A stretch of 64,000 bases of DNA from Mobula hypostoma (lineage: Eukaryota). Both the position numbers and the translations under genes were made by a program. The stretch spans positions 17,484,001 through 17,548,000 of the forward strand of contig NC_086097.1 in assembly GCF_963921235.1 (NCBI RefSeq), given 5' to 3'. Shown piece after piece: positions 1 through 13,289 of this stretch. Position 1 is the first letter of the stretch. Every line of letters starts with the position of its first letter. The notes below the pieces were generated by a model. The model made no database searches and was not told the DNA's origin. It was given only the letters and a program-made list of their open reading frames with translations.

Positions 1-389
1 TTATCTGATCATATTCATGGAGTCAGAGAGTCAAGGAGCATGAGAATGGGCCCTTTAGCCCACTGTGTTCATGCAGTTCATAATCTCATCTAAGTACTTC
101 TCAAATGTATGAGTGTCTCAGAATCATCTACCTACTTAGTGCATTCCAGATTTCAATCAGCCTCTGGTTGAAAAAAATATTCCTCAAATTTCCTCTATCT
201 AAATCTATATGGAATATTTACCTTTATTTTATGACCACTGGCTATAGACACCTCTAAATTTTCTCACTTATCTACTCTGTCTTTGTCCCTCATAATTTTC
301 TATAATTCAATCCGATCCCTCTCAGTCTTCTCTGCTCTGAAGTCTACCCCAGACTATTCAGCATTTTCTCATAGCTGAAACACCTACAC

Positions 390-830
390 CATAAGACATA
401 GGAGCAGAGTTAGGCCCATCAAGTCTACTCTGCCATTCCATCATGATTGATTTATTATTCCTCTCAACTCCCAATATCCTGCTGTCTTTCTGTAAACTTT
501 TGATGCCCTTACTAATCAAGAACCACTTCAACCTCCACTTTAAATATACTCAACAACTTGGCCTCCACAGCTGTCTGTGGCAATGAAATCCACAGATTCA
601 CCACACTCTAGCTGAAGAAATCCTGTTCTAAAGGGACATCCTTCTATTTTGAGGCTGTACCCTCTGGTCCTAGATTCCCTTACAGTAAGAAACATTCCTG
701 TCCACATCCACTCTATCAAATTTGAGGTAATAGTCTGGCACAATTCCTCTGCACCCTCCTTAGTGCAATTACATACCTCCTGTAGAGTGGTAACAAGTAC
801 TCTAGTTGTGACTTAACTAAAATCTATAAA
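390..830 (-). mobile_element. CR1 LINE 3' fragment (degenerate)
   Basis: ccataagacataggagcagag tail and sequence similar to the 3' end of the CR1 at 15723; boundaries approximate. Confidence 0.7.
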
Positions 831-1574
831 TTTTTTTTTGATAACCTCCCTTTTCAATACTTTATGCCCTAACAAATGAAGGCAAATCTCTGTCAAAGTC
901 CCTCTCTTTTCCATAGTATGTCAGAGTGTCTTACTATTCATTATGTGTATTCTAACCTTTCAAAGTTCATTATTATTAAAGTCCACCTGCCATCTTACCA
1001 ACTTGTCAATATCAAACTCATCAGAAACTGCACACTTTGCTATCAGCAATATCACCAATTTACAGATCTACAAATTCATATCCAGATCATTAATGTGTGT
1101 AACAAACAGCAAAGACCCTGGCAGTAAACTCTTCATTACACCATTGGTTACTGATTTTTGTTTGCGAAACTGAACGTTTATATTTGCATTCTCTGACCAA
1201 TCAGCAAGCTAATTTTTAATCTAATTTGCCAAGTTGCCCCGAACTATACAGATCCTTATCATTTGGATCTGTCTCCCATGTGGGACTTAGTCAAAGACCT
1301 TACAGAAGTTTGTTTATTTTATAACTGTACCACCCTCATCAGTTCACTAACTAAGGTACAGGCCCTCACCCAGTTACGAAGAGCTGACCTATGGATATCG
1401 TATATGAGTGTGTATTTGGGTGACTGGAATGGATAGCCATTTCATCACCATCTAGATAACTGATGCCATTGCTACGTCAGTTTGTCTCTGGGTGAAAATA
1501 TTTACAGAAACGTATCATTTCTATTATTGATTGAAGCAAACTTGATAGTTATGGCCCTTTTGTAGTAGAATTTG

Positions 1575-1890
1575 ATCAGAATCAGAATTATTTTATTATA
1601 TGATGCAAAATTGTTCTGCAGTAACAGTCCAGTGTAACTATATAAAATCACTATAAATTACAGAGCAATAAATTGTTCAAAACAAGGAATAACAAGGAAG
1701 TGTTCATGGGTTCATGGACCATTCAAAATTTGATGGCTGAGGAGAAGAAGCTGTTCCTGAACTGCTAAGTGTGGGTCTTCAGGCTCCTGCACCTCCTCCA
1801 TGATAGGAACAATGAGAAGAGGGTATGTCCCCTATGGTGAGGATTCATTGTGATTGATTCCATCTTGTTGAGGAACCAGTTTCAAAGATT
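1575..1890 (-). mobile_element. Rex1/Babar LINE 3' fragment
   Basis: atcagaatcagaat tail and gaagaagctgttcctgaa...cttcaggctcctg, shared with the Rex copies at 7590 and 44900. Confidence 0.65.
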
Positions 1891-2144
1891 GATGCATTTC
1901 CATCCAGAATTATGCAAGAACAACAGTAATATATTGGAATTTTGGTGCCTGTGTAAACATTTTCTTAAGATGAATCATACCATCAAGCTGAATATGTGGT
2001 TAACCACACAGGGTTTAATTAGAATTTGTTTAGCTAAAGTATTCAATATGCTTAGAATTCAAGCCAACTATCTGATACAGAAGCCCAGAGTATAAAAAAA
2101 GGTTATGTTAATCCTTGAAAAACATTGGTTAGATCACAGTGATA

Positions 2145-2280
2145 AAAACAAGAGATTCTGCAGATGCTGGAAATCCAGAGCAACACACACAAAGTGCTGG
2201 AAGAACTCTGCGGGTCAGGTAGCATTTATGGAAATGAATAAACAATCAATGTTTCTGGCTGAGACCTTTCATCAGGTCCC
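2145..2280 (-). mobile_element. Penelope-derived short element (3' tail + hammerhead motif)
   Basis: ctgcagatgctggaaatccagagcaacacacac... followed by gtttc..gagacctttcatcagg; homologous to the Penelope terminus at 22294-22434. Confidence 0.8.
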
Positions 2281-2432
2281 AGTGAGATTGGTATGCCCAT
2301 TTCTGGATGCCATATTTCATAAACTTGACAAGGCACTGAAGGGAAACAGATGTTACTTTTGTCCTATGCACTCACCCCACCCTCAAAGTACTTGACAACC
2401 TTAAACATTTTTTCCACCTTTTCCATTTCTGA

Positions 2433-2660
2433 TAGTCATACTTTATTGATCCCGGGGGAAATTGGTTTTTGTTACAGTTGCACCATAAATAATTAAATAG
2501 TAATAAATCCATAAATAGTTAAATAGTAATATGTAAATTATGCCAGGAAATAAGTCCAGGACCAGCCTATTGGCTCAGGGTGTCTGACCCTCCAAGGGAG
2601 GAGTTGTAAAGTTTGATGGCCACAGGCAGGAATGACTTCCTATGATGCATCTCGGTGGAA
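2433..2660 (-). mobile_element. Rex1/Babar LINE 3' fragment
   Basis: gtcatactttattgatcccgggggaaattgg...gagttgtaaagtttgatggccacaggcagg resembles Rex-type 3' ends. Confidence 0.55.
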
Positions 2661-3032
2661 AGGCATTTGATTTAAAACATCAACTTTGTTTTTCTGGCCA
2701 CAGATGTTGCCTGATTTCCTGAGTGTTTACAAAAGCCAGTGTTATTATTTAAGACTTTCGGCCTTTTAGGATTTATTTTAAGTTTTCTAGCATTTGTATT
2801 TCTTAAACTGTTTGATAAAATATGTTACCGTTGTACTGGAAAAAAAATACTATCCTTGGAGCCTGCATAGAACTGATGAGCTAAATAGGTCTTTTTAGGT
2901 CATTGTAGGGCATGGACAAGGCCTTCTTAAATAACTATAACTTTTAAGTTTATGGGGTCAAGACCATTAGGAGTGCTTCACCTGACCCCAGAATGATGGC
3001 CATGACTTTTCCTCACTGGGTTCTCGCACCTA

Positions 3033-3425
3033 ACACACACAAAACGCTGGAGGAACTCAGCAGGCCAGACAGCATCTATGGAAAAGAGTACAGTTGACGT
3101 TTCAGGGTGAGACCCTTCATCAGGACTGGAGGAAAAAAAGATGAGGAGTCAGAGTAAGAAGCTAGGGGGAGGGGAGTAAGAATCACAAGATGATAGGTGA
3201 AATTGGAAGGGGGAGGAGGGGTGAGGTAAAGAGCTGGGAAGTTGATTGATGAAAGAGATACAAGGCTGGAGAATGGGGAATCTGATAGGAGAGGACAAGA
3301 GGCCATGGAATAAAGAAAAGGGAGAGGAGTACTAGAGGGAAGTGATGTGCAGGTAAGGAGATAAGGTGAGATAGGGAAATGGTGAAGGAGAAGGGGAGGG
3401 GCATTACCAGAAGTTTGAGAAATTT
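3033..3425 (-). mobile_element. Penelope-like element 3' fragment (purine-rich 3'UTR, hammerhead motif, tail)
   Basis: Same layout as 22294-22740: tail, HHR, GA-rich UTR, then the end of the ORF (FSNFW*). Confidence 0.8.
3091..3128 (-). ncRNA. Minimal type I hammerhead ribozyme motif
   Basis: Minus strand reads cagtc CTGATGA aggg-tctca-ccct GAAA CGTC aactg: intact core and a 4-bp helix II. Confidence 0.75.
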
Positions 3426-5307
3426 CAAATTCCCAAATATACTTTTATCCCACAGAATCAGATCTGTTCTGTGTTACCATGTGTTGTCCAAGTTGGCAAT
3501 CTTAATCCTTGTGATTTATTTTGGAGACATTGATTTTTCACTATAATCCTTACAAGTTATCATCTGTCATACATTCTGCTCTTCCCCATCCATCTGGAAG
3601 TGTGCTGTATGTGTTTCATTAGGGTCTTAGACAGGAACTGATGAAATTTAGTCAAGACACAGGCTAGTGCCAGTGAAAGGCTTTCTTGGGGCTTGAACTT
3701 AGAACCTATAAATTGGAGTCAAAATCTTAGCTTCTTAAATTGTCAAGTCCTTTACCTCTTTTTCCATCACATCATAATATCAGAAGTTTAAAAGACATTA
3801 ATAGGATTGAATTCTACTTCATCTTCTGCTTTACAGTGTAAAAATTCCTCTTTTAAAAAATACAACTGATTGAACTCTGAATTTTTACACAATCATTGGC
3901 AACTGTTACAAAAATTGTAATAAAATTTACAAATGTAATAAGTTGTAATAAGAAAAACAATGCAAAACACATGTCACACATCTGAGCAAATATGTATTTG
4001 GCCAATAGATGCCAAAAGATGTTTCAGCTCATTTTCATTTTGTACGAGATAACTTGTAATATTATCTGAATAAGTAGGAGGAGAACAACTAATAATAAAA
4101 GTTGGCATGCATATTACTCTCAGTCCACTTTCTTGGATTCTCTAGATACCAGGAGCTAACTTTAGTAAATGCCTTTTCATGTCTCTCATACTGTATATTT
4201 CAAAATGTATCATATAAAGAATGTTTGAGTTGCTTTTATGTAAGTAATACATCAGCTACTCACAAGATTTCACAATTAGAAAGGAAACCACCAGTCTCTT
4301 AATTACTTTTGTTAATGTTCTGTACTTTTGACACTTTTAATGTAGAGGCAGACAGATAATTGATAAGCTATGGAAGTGGATGGTTACATTCAGATCAACC
4401 ATCATCCTTTTAAATAGTGGAGCATACTAGAGTGGCTAAGTGACTTACGTGACATCCATGTAAACAACTGAAAGAAGAGAGGTGGAGCTTCATTAAGTTT
4501 TAATTATTTATTGAATGTGGATATCGGTGGCAAGGATATTCTCTCTATTTTGCTGGAACTCAGTAGCTTAATGAGCCATTTTAGAGGGCAGGTAAGAGTG
4601 AACTCAATTGTTAGATTGGATGAGAGTGGCAGATTTCCTTCCCTCAAAGATATTACCACAATCCAGTAGTGCTGTGACACTGGTACTGAGATTACATTTA
4701 AAAAATATTCTGTATTTATTAAATTTATTTTAAATTTTGTAGGTGTCCTATGTGAATCAATCTTTTATATCTATTATTCTATTATTAACTGTCTAGAATG
4801 TTGGATGTCAAGTCCAGTAAGTTCACTGGTATTTAACCTCTAAATGAAAGGTGTGGAATCTATAATAATCAAATACTACATAGTTTCTGGACAGTAGTTT
4901 CAAAATTAATTGATAAATCCATAAATACTGTGTATACCCTTGTCATTTTTAGTTGGGTTATAGCCCTTGCAAAGAGGAAGAAAACTTCAAGGATTAAGGA
5001 AAATAACTTAAAAAGGACTAAAATAAAAAAAAAAGAAATACAAGCATAATATTAGGCTGCTGAATGTAAGTAAAAATTGCTATGATTTAAGAGGCTAGCA
5101 AGACCAAATTTTAACTCTGCTCTTACTTGAATCTCTCTCACTTGTAATATAAATTATGTAATTAATAGAAAACCAGCAAGTATCTTTTACAGTTTTAATC
5201 AATTTCTAATCCAAGACTGCTTAATGTTGACCTGGTTTTATAATTAAAGGTCAGGCATTTGAACTTTAGAACCAAGTCAATGCTTGGCATATAATGCAGT
5301 ATGATTC

Positions 5308-6842
5308 ATGAGCAACACTCACAGCACTCTGGAGGAACTCAGCAGGTCGGGCAGCATCAGTGGAAATGATCAGTCAACGTTTTGGGCTGGAACCCTTCGT
5401 CAGGACTGAAGAGGGAAGGGGCAGAGGCCCTATAAAGAAGGTGGGGGGAGGGTGGGAAGGAGAAGGCTGGTAGGTTCCAGGTGAAAAACCAGTAAGGGGA
5501 AAGATAAAGGGGTGGGGGAGGGGATAGGCAGGAAAGATGAAGAAGGAATAGGGGAAGGCACAATGGGTAGTAGAAGGAGGCGGAACCATGAGGGAGGTAG
5601 TAGGCAGCTGGGGGAGGGGGAAGAGTGAAACTGGGATAGGGGAAGGGAGGGGGAGGGAATTACCGGAAGTTGGAGAATTCAATGTTCTTACTGGAGACTA
5701 CATAGACGATGTGAGGTGTTGCTCCTCCAACTTGAGTTTAGCCTCATGATGGCAGTAGAGGAGGCCATGTATGGACATATCCGAATGGGAATATGAAGCA
5801 GAGTTGAAGTGGGTGGCAACCAGGAGATCCTGTCTGTTGTGGCGGACAGAGCGGAGGTGCTCGATGAAGCGGTCCCCCAATCTCCGCTGGGTTTCACCAA
5901 TGTAGACGATGCCGCACCAGGAGCATCGGATGCAATAGATGACCCCAACAGACTCACAAGTGAAGTGTTGCCTCACCTGGAAGGACTGTTTGGGGTCCTG
6001 AATAGTGGTAAGAGAGGAGATGTAGGGACACGTGTAGCACTTACACTTACAGGGATAAGTGCCAGGTGGGAGATCCGTGGGGAGGGACGTGTGGACCAGG
6101 GAGTCGCAGAGGGAACAATCCCTGCAGAAAGCAGAGAGGGGTAGAGAGGGAAAGATTTGCTTAGTGGTGGGGTCCTGTTGAAGGTGGCGGAAGTTGCGGA
6201 GGATAATGTGCTCGATCCGGAGGCTGGTGGGGTGGTAGGTGAGGACAAGGGGAACTCTGTCCCTGTTGTGGTGGCAGGAGGATGGTGTGAGGGCCAAAGT
6301 GCAGGAAATGGAGGTTGCCACCCACTTCAATTCTGCTTCACATTCCCATTCGGATATGTCCATACATGGCCACCTCTACTGCCATCATGAGGCTAAACTC
6401 AGGTTGGAGGAGCAACACCTCATATACCGTCTAGGTAGTCTCCAGTATGAACACTGAATTCTCCAACTTCTGGTTATTCCCTCCCCTATCCCAGTTTCAC
6501 TCTGTTCCCTCCCCCAGCTGCCTACTACCTCCCTCATGGTTCCGCCTCCTTCTACTACCCATTGTGCCTTCCCCTATTCCTTCTTCATCTTTCCTGCCTA
6601 TCCCCTCCCCCACCCCTTTATCTTTCCCCTTACTGGTTTTTCACCTGGAACCTACCAGCCTTCTCCTTCCCACCCTCCCCCACTTTCTTTATAGGGCCTC
6701 TGCCCCTTCCTTCTTCAGTCCTGATGAAGGGTTCCGGCCCGAAATGTTGACTGATCGTTTCCACGGATGCTGCCCGACCTGCTGAGTTCCTCCAGCATGT
6801 TGAGTGATTGCTTTGACCCCAGCATCTGCAGAGTATTTTGTG
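5308..6842. mobile_element. Penelope-like element, head-to-head inverted pair (minus arm ~5308-6311, plus arm ~6312-6842), GIY-YIG C-terminus
   Basis: ORF 5698-6363 has the GIY-YIG motifs VIYCIRC..C...YIGET.RRLGDRF.EH. Arms are reverse complements. Flanking duplication agtatgattc at 5298-5307 and 6843-6852. Confidence 0.9.
6715..6754 (+). ncRNA. Hammerhead ribozyme motif (CpG-decayed helix III)
   Basis: tcagtc CTGATGA a-ggg-ttccgg-ccc GAAA TGTT gactga, with a 6-bp helix I. The mirror copy at 5370-5409 (-) has GAAA changed to AAAA. Confidence 0.7.
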
Positions 6843-7589
6843 AGTATGATTCGTTAACCTGACAAGCACATAGTACTCCCAGGCACTGTCAAAGATTGAT
6901 CAGTTGCTCTGGTTTATTAATGAAACCTGATAAAAAAAAAGCTGCCGTTAAGAATTTTCATGCTTCTATACATTTTTGCAAACTGATACTCCAAAGGTAA
7001 CTGGACAATATTTGAAAAGGTACCTGTATTCTTCACTGTTATTTGCAGAAGTTTATCTATAATTGCAGCTCTGAATCTTAGCCTGTCAACTTTGGCAGAA
7101 TGTTCTGAATTTAGGGAATTACTGTGTGGGAAGAGAAAATGTACTCTACATTGAGCAAAGAGAAATTGGACTAATGTGGATTCCTCAGGAATTTGACTCA
7201 TTTACTGTTAAATGTGTTAATGGTGGTTTTCAATCCATATGGGCTAACTTAGCTCTCAAAATAAATTGAGAGCAGCGAATGAGAAGTGTTCCAAAATTAA
7301 TATGGTAACAGAAAACTATTGGCTATCTTAATTACATAATTTGTAGTATCAAATGTTATAGTAGAAGGTAAAAATCTAGAAAGTACATAACAGCATTTTG
7401 GTCCTGACAAACAATTTGCTATCTAATAGACAGTTTGAGAGTAGTTATAAATGGGTCTTTTCCTTGATGGAATGATATCATCAATAGTGTTCAACAGGGA
7501 TTGTCCCTAAGGATAATTTGTATAAATGAGTTGAAAGAAAGAAAGAAACAAAGGTATGGTTCATAAATAAGCTGATAACAGAATGAGTA

Positions 7590-9965
7590 TCAGATTTCAT
7601 ATCACCAGCATATGTCATGAAATTTGTTAGCTTCATGGCAGCAGTGAAATTAAATACATGATAAATAAATATAGAAAAAACTGAATTACAGTAAGTATAT
7701 ATATGACTATTAAATAGTTACAATAAGTAGTGCAAAATAACAGAAATAAAAAAATAGTGAGGTAGAGTTCATGGGTTCAATGTTCATTTAGAAATCGGAT
7801 GGCAGAGGAAAGAAGCTGTTCCTGAATTGTGAGTATGTACCTTTAAGCTTCTGTACCTCCTTCCCAATAGTAACAGTGCGAAGAGGTCATGCCCTGGGTG
7901 GTGGGGATCCTTAAAAACTGCCTTCCTAAGGCTCCACTCCTTGAAGATGTCTTGGATTCTGTGGAGGCTGGTACCCATGATAGAGCTGACTAATTTTACA
8001 AGTTTCTTCAACTTATTTCTATTTTGTGCAGTAGCTCTCCCATACCATATTGTGATGCAGCCAGTCAGAATGCTCTCTGTGGTACATTTGTAGGTGTTTT
8101 TGAGTGTTTTAGTTGACAAACCAAATCTTCTCAAACTCCATAAAATATAGCTGCTGTCTTGATAGCTGCATCCGCTCTGCAGGGCAGAATGAGACAGCGT
8201 TTCTCAGGGGCAGTGCAATCATAACATAACAAATGCAACACTAAATAATAAACATAACAATAAATAGTAAAACACAACAGCCATATGTCAGTTAAAATCA
8301 AGTTATAAGTGTCCAGTGCAAGTTAAAAGTGTCCAAAGCAGAGTCAGGTAGAGCAGTCTGACTGCCTGTGTGAGGAAGCTGTTTAGTAGCCTTGTGGTTT
8401 TAGTTTTGATGCTCCTGTAACGTTTGCCTGATGGCAGAAGAACAAACAGTTCATGGAGAGGGTGTGAAGGGTCTTTAATGATGTACCGTATCTTCTGGAG
8501 GCATTGACTCTGAAAGAGATCTTGGACAGAAGGTAGGGAGACCCCAATAACCTTCTCTGCTCCCCTAACCACCTTCTGCAAGGCTTTTTTGTTGGCAGCA
8601 CTGCAGATGGAGTACCAGGTTGTGATGCAAAAGGTCAGCACTCTCTCAACCACGCCTCTGTAGAATGTAGTTAAGATGTTAGTGGGGAGTGATGCTTGTT
8701 TAAACTTCCTCAGAAAGTGCAATCTCTGCTGGGCCCGTTCCGCAATCCCAGTGGTGTTCCTGGACCAGGTGAGATTGTCCGAGATCTGCATCCCAAGGAA
8801 CTTGATGTTTTCCACTCTCTCCACTGTGGAGCCGCTGATGCTGAGGGGTGTGTGCTCAGGCTGAGACCGTCTGAAATCGACGATCATCTCCTTGGTTTTG
8901 GTGACATTAAGCATCAAGTTGTTATTCCTGTACCAGCTCTCTAGGTGTTTGACCTCCTCCCTGTACATTGTTTCATCATTTTTGCTGATGAGCCCCACCA
9001 CTGTGGTATCATCTGCAAATTTAATGATCAGGTTCTCCTTGAATCTGGCTGCACGGTTATGTGTTAGCAGTGTAAACAGCAATGGGCTAAGCACACAGCC
9101 TTGTGGGGATCCAGTGCTGCCCCCAAGTTAGGTTCTCAGAGATATTGACACCCAGGAACTTGAAATCGTTCACTCTTTCCATTTCTGATCCCTCTGTGAG
9201 GATTGGCTTTTCTCTTCTTACTCTTCCTGAAGTCCACAATCATCTCTTTGGTCTTGCTGACATTGAGTGCAAGGTTGTTGCTGCAACATCAGTCAACCAA
9301 CTGGTATATCTCACTCCTGTATACCTTTTTGTCAGCATCTGAAATTCTGCTAACAATGGTTGTATCATTATCAAATTTATAAATGCTGTTTGAACTATGC
9401 CTAGCCACAGAGTCATGGGTGTAGAGAGAGTAGAGCGATGGGCTAAGCACACATCCCTATGGAGCGCCAGAATTAATTGTGAGTGAGATGGAGATGTTAT
9501 TTCTAATCTGCACAGATTGTGGTCTACCGGTTAGGAAGTTGATGATCTAGTTACAGAGGGAGGTACTGAGGCCTAGGTTCTGTAGTTTTTCAATCAGGAC
9601 TGTAGGAATGATGGTGTTAAATGCTAAGCTATAGTCAATAAACAGCCTCCTGACATAGATGTTTATATTGTCCAGGTGATCCAAGGCTGTGTGGAGAGCC
9701 ATTGAGGTCACACCTGCTGTAGACTTATAGTGGTAATAGGGAATTTGCAGTGCATCCAAGCCCTTCCTGAGAATGGCGTTGATTCTAGCCGTGACCAATC
9801 TCTCAAAGCATCATTGTAGATGTGAACACTACTGGATGATAATAGTTGAGGCAGCTCAGACTGCTCTTCTTGGGTATAATTGTTGCCCTTTAGAAGCAGG
9901 TGGAAACTTCCAACTGTAGCAGCGAGAGATTGAAAATGTCTTTGAATACTCTTGTCAGTTGGTTA
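7590..9965 (-). mobile_element. Rex1/Babar LINE (older, degenerate), split by a younger Rex1 insertion
   Basis: ORF fragments LFIDYSLAFNTIIP (9547-9798) and MRRFGLSTKTL..ESILTGCITIWYG (7784-8134). Confidence 0.8.
8173..9120 (-). mobile_element. Rex1/Babar LINE, 5'-truncated, open RT C-terminal frame
   Basis: ORF 8303-9094 contains KFADDTTVVGLIS, LNVTKTKEMIVDFRR and DPSHPLHELFVLLPSGKRYRS. Confidence 0.9.
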
Positions 9966-10169
9966 TATCTAACAAACACGTTGATAGGAAAATATATTGT
10001 GAGATGGACATAAGGAAGCTATAGAGGGATACACATAGGTTAAGTAAGAGAGCAAATTTCTAGCAAATGGAATTTCACGACACATGCTGGTGATAACAAA
10101 TTTCACAACATATGTTAGTGATAATAAACCTGATTCTGATAATATGGAAAAATATGAAATTATCAAGAG

Positions 10170-10580
10170 CGGCAGGGAAATGCAATGATATCTGGGTTTC
10201 TAATGCATGATTTGCAAAGACTAACATGGAAATGCATAGGTAATTATGAAAGCCAGCAGAATGTTTTCAGCCGTCACTGAGGACTTGAATACAAAAAGGG
10301 GGGCTACTCTTCAGTTACAGAGGGCATTGGTGATACCAATTGTGGAGTATGATGTACAACTTCTTTTATTTAAGTAATTATTTAAGTAATGATAATACAT
10401 TGGAAACAGTTCAGTGATTGTTTACCAGACTAACAACTGGAAGATGCAGGTTGACATTTGAAGAAAGATTGGACAAGCTAGACTTGCATCTGCTAGAGTG
10501 TAGGAGAAAGAAATTAATCAAAACATACGAGATCCTGAGGATTCTTGACCGAGTGGATGGGAATACGGTGTTTCCTTCCA
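10170..10580 (+). mobile_element. Degenerate CR1 RT fragment
   Basis: Remnant FTRL....LTFEERLDKLDL..LECRRKKLIKTYEIL, similar to the CR1 ORF2 C-terminus. Confidence 0.6.
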
Positions 10581-12109
10581 CACTTCTTATTGGTATGTTC
10601 ACATGTATGTTTATATACATAGATTTAATTCTGTGGTTGATCCAACTACGAAAATTCTACTAGCACTGCATGGGGAAGTGATATTTATGATCAGGTGTGT
10701 TGCTTGCCTTTTATTCATAGATTGAGCTTATATGAGAATGAATAAAAGTGAAGAGTTTCAGTATAAGTTTGCAATAAAAAGGCAAAATGCTGTCTGATGC
10801 TAGTTGATCTAATATACACTTATGTTATTACACCAATCACTTTCCTAGTGATTTTAAACACTATGTGCACTGTATACACAAATTATACTGCTTTCTGTAC
10901 CATACTTTTATTTTTCATATTAAAAAAGCTTCATGGGATAACATAATGAAATGTTAAATCTTAACCAAAAATGTAGAAAGGTGTCAAAAAAAGACAGTTG
11001 AACTTACGAGAACACAATAGATCAATACTAGACAGAGTTATATTATGATTTGCGCCAAACAATAGACAAGTGCAAATCCACTTGTTAGGAGAATTGAGGC
11101 TACACCACTCTTTGAAATCAGTATGAAAAAAAATGATCACTTTCTAACAGTTTTCAAATGCAGTGTAATGGAGTTCTAAGATCATAATCAGCTAGTCAAT
11201 CATATTGCATAGAGATTTTGGTTTATTATTTCATATGTGCATATGTTTTCAAGAACCAGACTACACTTAGGTGGGTGGGTAGTAATGGAATACATTGATA
11301 GTCCTGGGAGAGGATCAAGATAAAGCCCTTCTCAGATGAAACCCAGACTTTGAGGCTCCCATCTACCAAGTATATCTGTATTACAATTAAAATTATAATT
11401 GGCATACTCGAATCTTGGATATCCAATGACAAATTACTGAAGGACCCAGAATTCTCTTCCAAGAATATTTATTTACTTGTTATGCAGGGTTCACATGGCT
11501 AAAATACTTTTGACTCGGAGAATAAGATAAATGCTTATGAAATGAAAGGTTTATATTCAAAGTTTTGAACAGCTATAATTTTAATAAACTCATAGAAACT
11601 CAAAAATACTGGAAGCAATAGGAAGCAATATAAACTTTATAAATATCTTCACTTCATTTCAGGAATATAGCAGAAAGCAAAGAGGCAAGCAAGCTTCCAA
11701 AAGATGGCTTTGTGACAAAAAAAGCAATACTGTATCTATCTTATTTGAGATATGTAACATGCTTGTGATGTTTTCAGTCTAATGCTGTCTTTCAGTAGGA
11801 GAGGTCAATTGAAAATCTGTGCCACAGATGTGTTTTACAGCTCAACTACTTGCATGCTATTTGGAAAGGCTTATTTAATTTAGCTTTTATGTTGAATTAT
11901 ATTTTTATTTTCATCTTACTCTTTAAAAAATCTGAACAAATTTGTTATCAAAACTCTATTGCAAGATTTGTGCTTGTTTTTTTAAATAATTTTAGCTTAT
12001 AGAATTAAATAAATTTTATGATATAAGAAGGCACATGACCTATCCTGTCTGTTCCAGCTCTTGAAAGTACTATCTTCTAACCTGCTCTGCACCTCCTTTT
12101 TGTTCTTAA

Positions 12110-12660
12110 CGAAGGCCTACACCTGTTATCAGGGCTCCCTACAGCTATTATATTTACCTTTTATTCTGACAGGCACATACAAGCTTTGTACTCTCAAAAT
12201 GTCACTTTTGAAGACCTCCCAATTATGAAGTACACCTTTGCCAGAAATCAGGCTGTCCCTATCCACATATGCCAGGTTCTTTCTGATACCATAAAAATTG
12301 GCCTTTCTCCAATTTGGAATCTCAACCCACGGACTGGACCTATCCTTTTTTTTGCATATTTACTTTGAAGCCAATAGCATGGTGATCCCTAGATGTGAAG
12401 TGTTCACCTACACAAACTTCTGTCACTTGCCCTGTCTCATTCCCTAATTCAGATCAAGTATCGCATATTTTTTCATTGGGAAGAAACTTTCTTAAACACA
12501 TTTGACAAGCTCTGTTCCATCTGGTCCTTTTACAGTATGGCAGTCTCAGTCAATATATGTAAAGTTACCCAACCATAATAACCTTGTTTCTTGGAATAGT
12601 CTGTGAGCTCTCTACAAATTTCTTGCTCTAAATCCCTCGGGCTGTTGGGTGGTTTGTTGG
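12110..12660 (-). mobile_element. Degenerate CR1 endonuclease-region fragment
   Basis: Reverse complement resembles the start of the CR1 at 32768 (ggtcc..gttgagattc..aattggagaaaggccaattt). Confidence 0.6.
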
Positions 12661-13289
12661 ATTATCTTGGGTGTTATCAAACTTTCTGAGGTGCTAGAAT
12701 TATATTCATTTAGACAAACCATTTACTTATTTGTATTCTATTTCTTGGCTTATGCATTGTACAGGGAGGGAAGACTTTCAGGTGTCAGGAGGTGAGTCAC
12801 CAGCAGCATGATATCCAGCCCCTGACTTGGTTTTAGAAATTGTATTATGTATCACATTGGTCCAGTTTCTGGTTAGTGATGTTGATTGTTAGGAGAACTT
12901 TATGTATATTGGTTAAATGGTTAATCTAACTTCAGTCATTGTGACATATTTACAATGAATACTAATTATTGCTAATCAGCCTGTGTCTGAATGTTGTCTG
13001 AGTTTCACTGTATAAAAGTACAGGCCACATCATTTGTTGAAGTGTTGTAATTGGAACTGAGTGCTGAGCAATGATGAGCATATATTCCTAATGCTGACTT
13101 AATGATAAGAGAGACCATTGATGCAGCCTTTAAAAATGGTTGACCTCCCACATCTACAATTACCTTCCTGCAGTTGAAGTATGACTTCAACTATCGGGGA
13201 GCTTTTCCCTTGACCTAAGTTTTATGTGGGTTCACTTATGTCACATTTGTTCATACGCTATGATGGTAGCAAGAGCAGTCACTCAGAGG

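Noticed and set aside
5357..6785. Pro/Ser/Leu-rich short ORFs (also 3076-3428, 22234-22627, 25128-25530)
   Set aside because: Low-complexity purine/pyrimidine-biased Penelope 3'UTR that lacks stops by composition.
11226..11760. Short ORF and acceptor-like ttcatttcag as extra exons
   Set aside because: No recognisable homology, weak donors and no similarity to an LTBP N-terminus.
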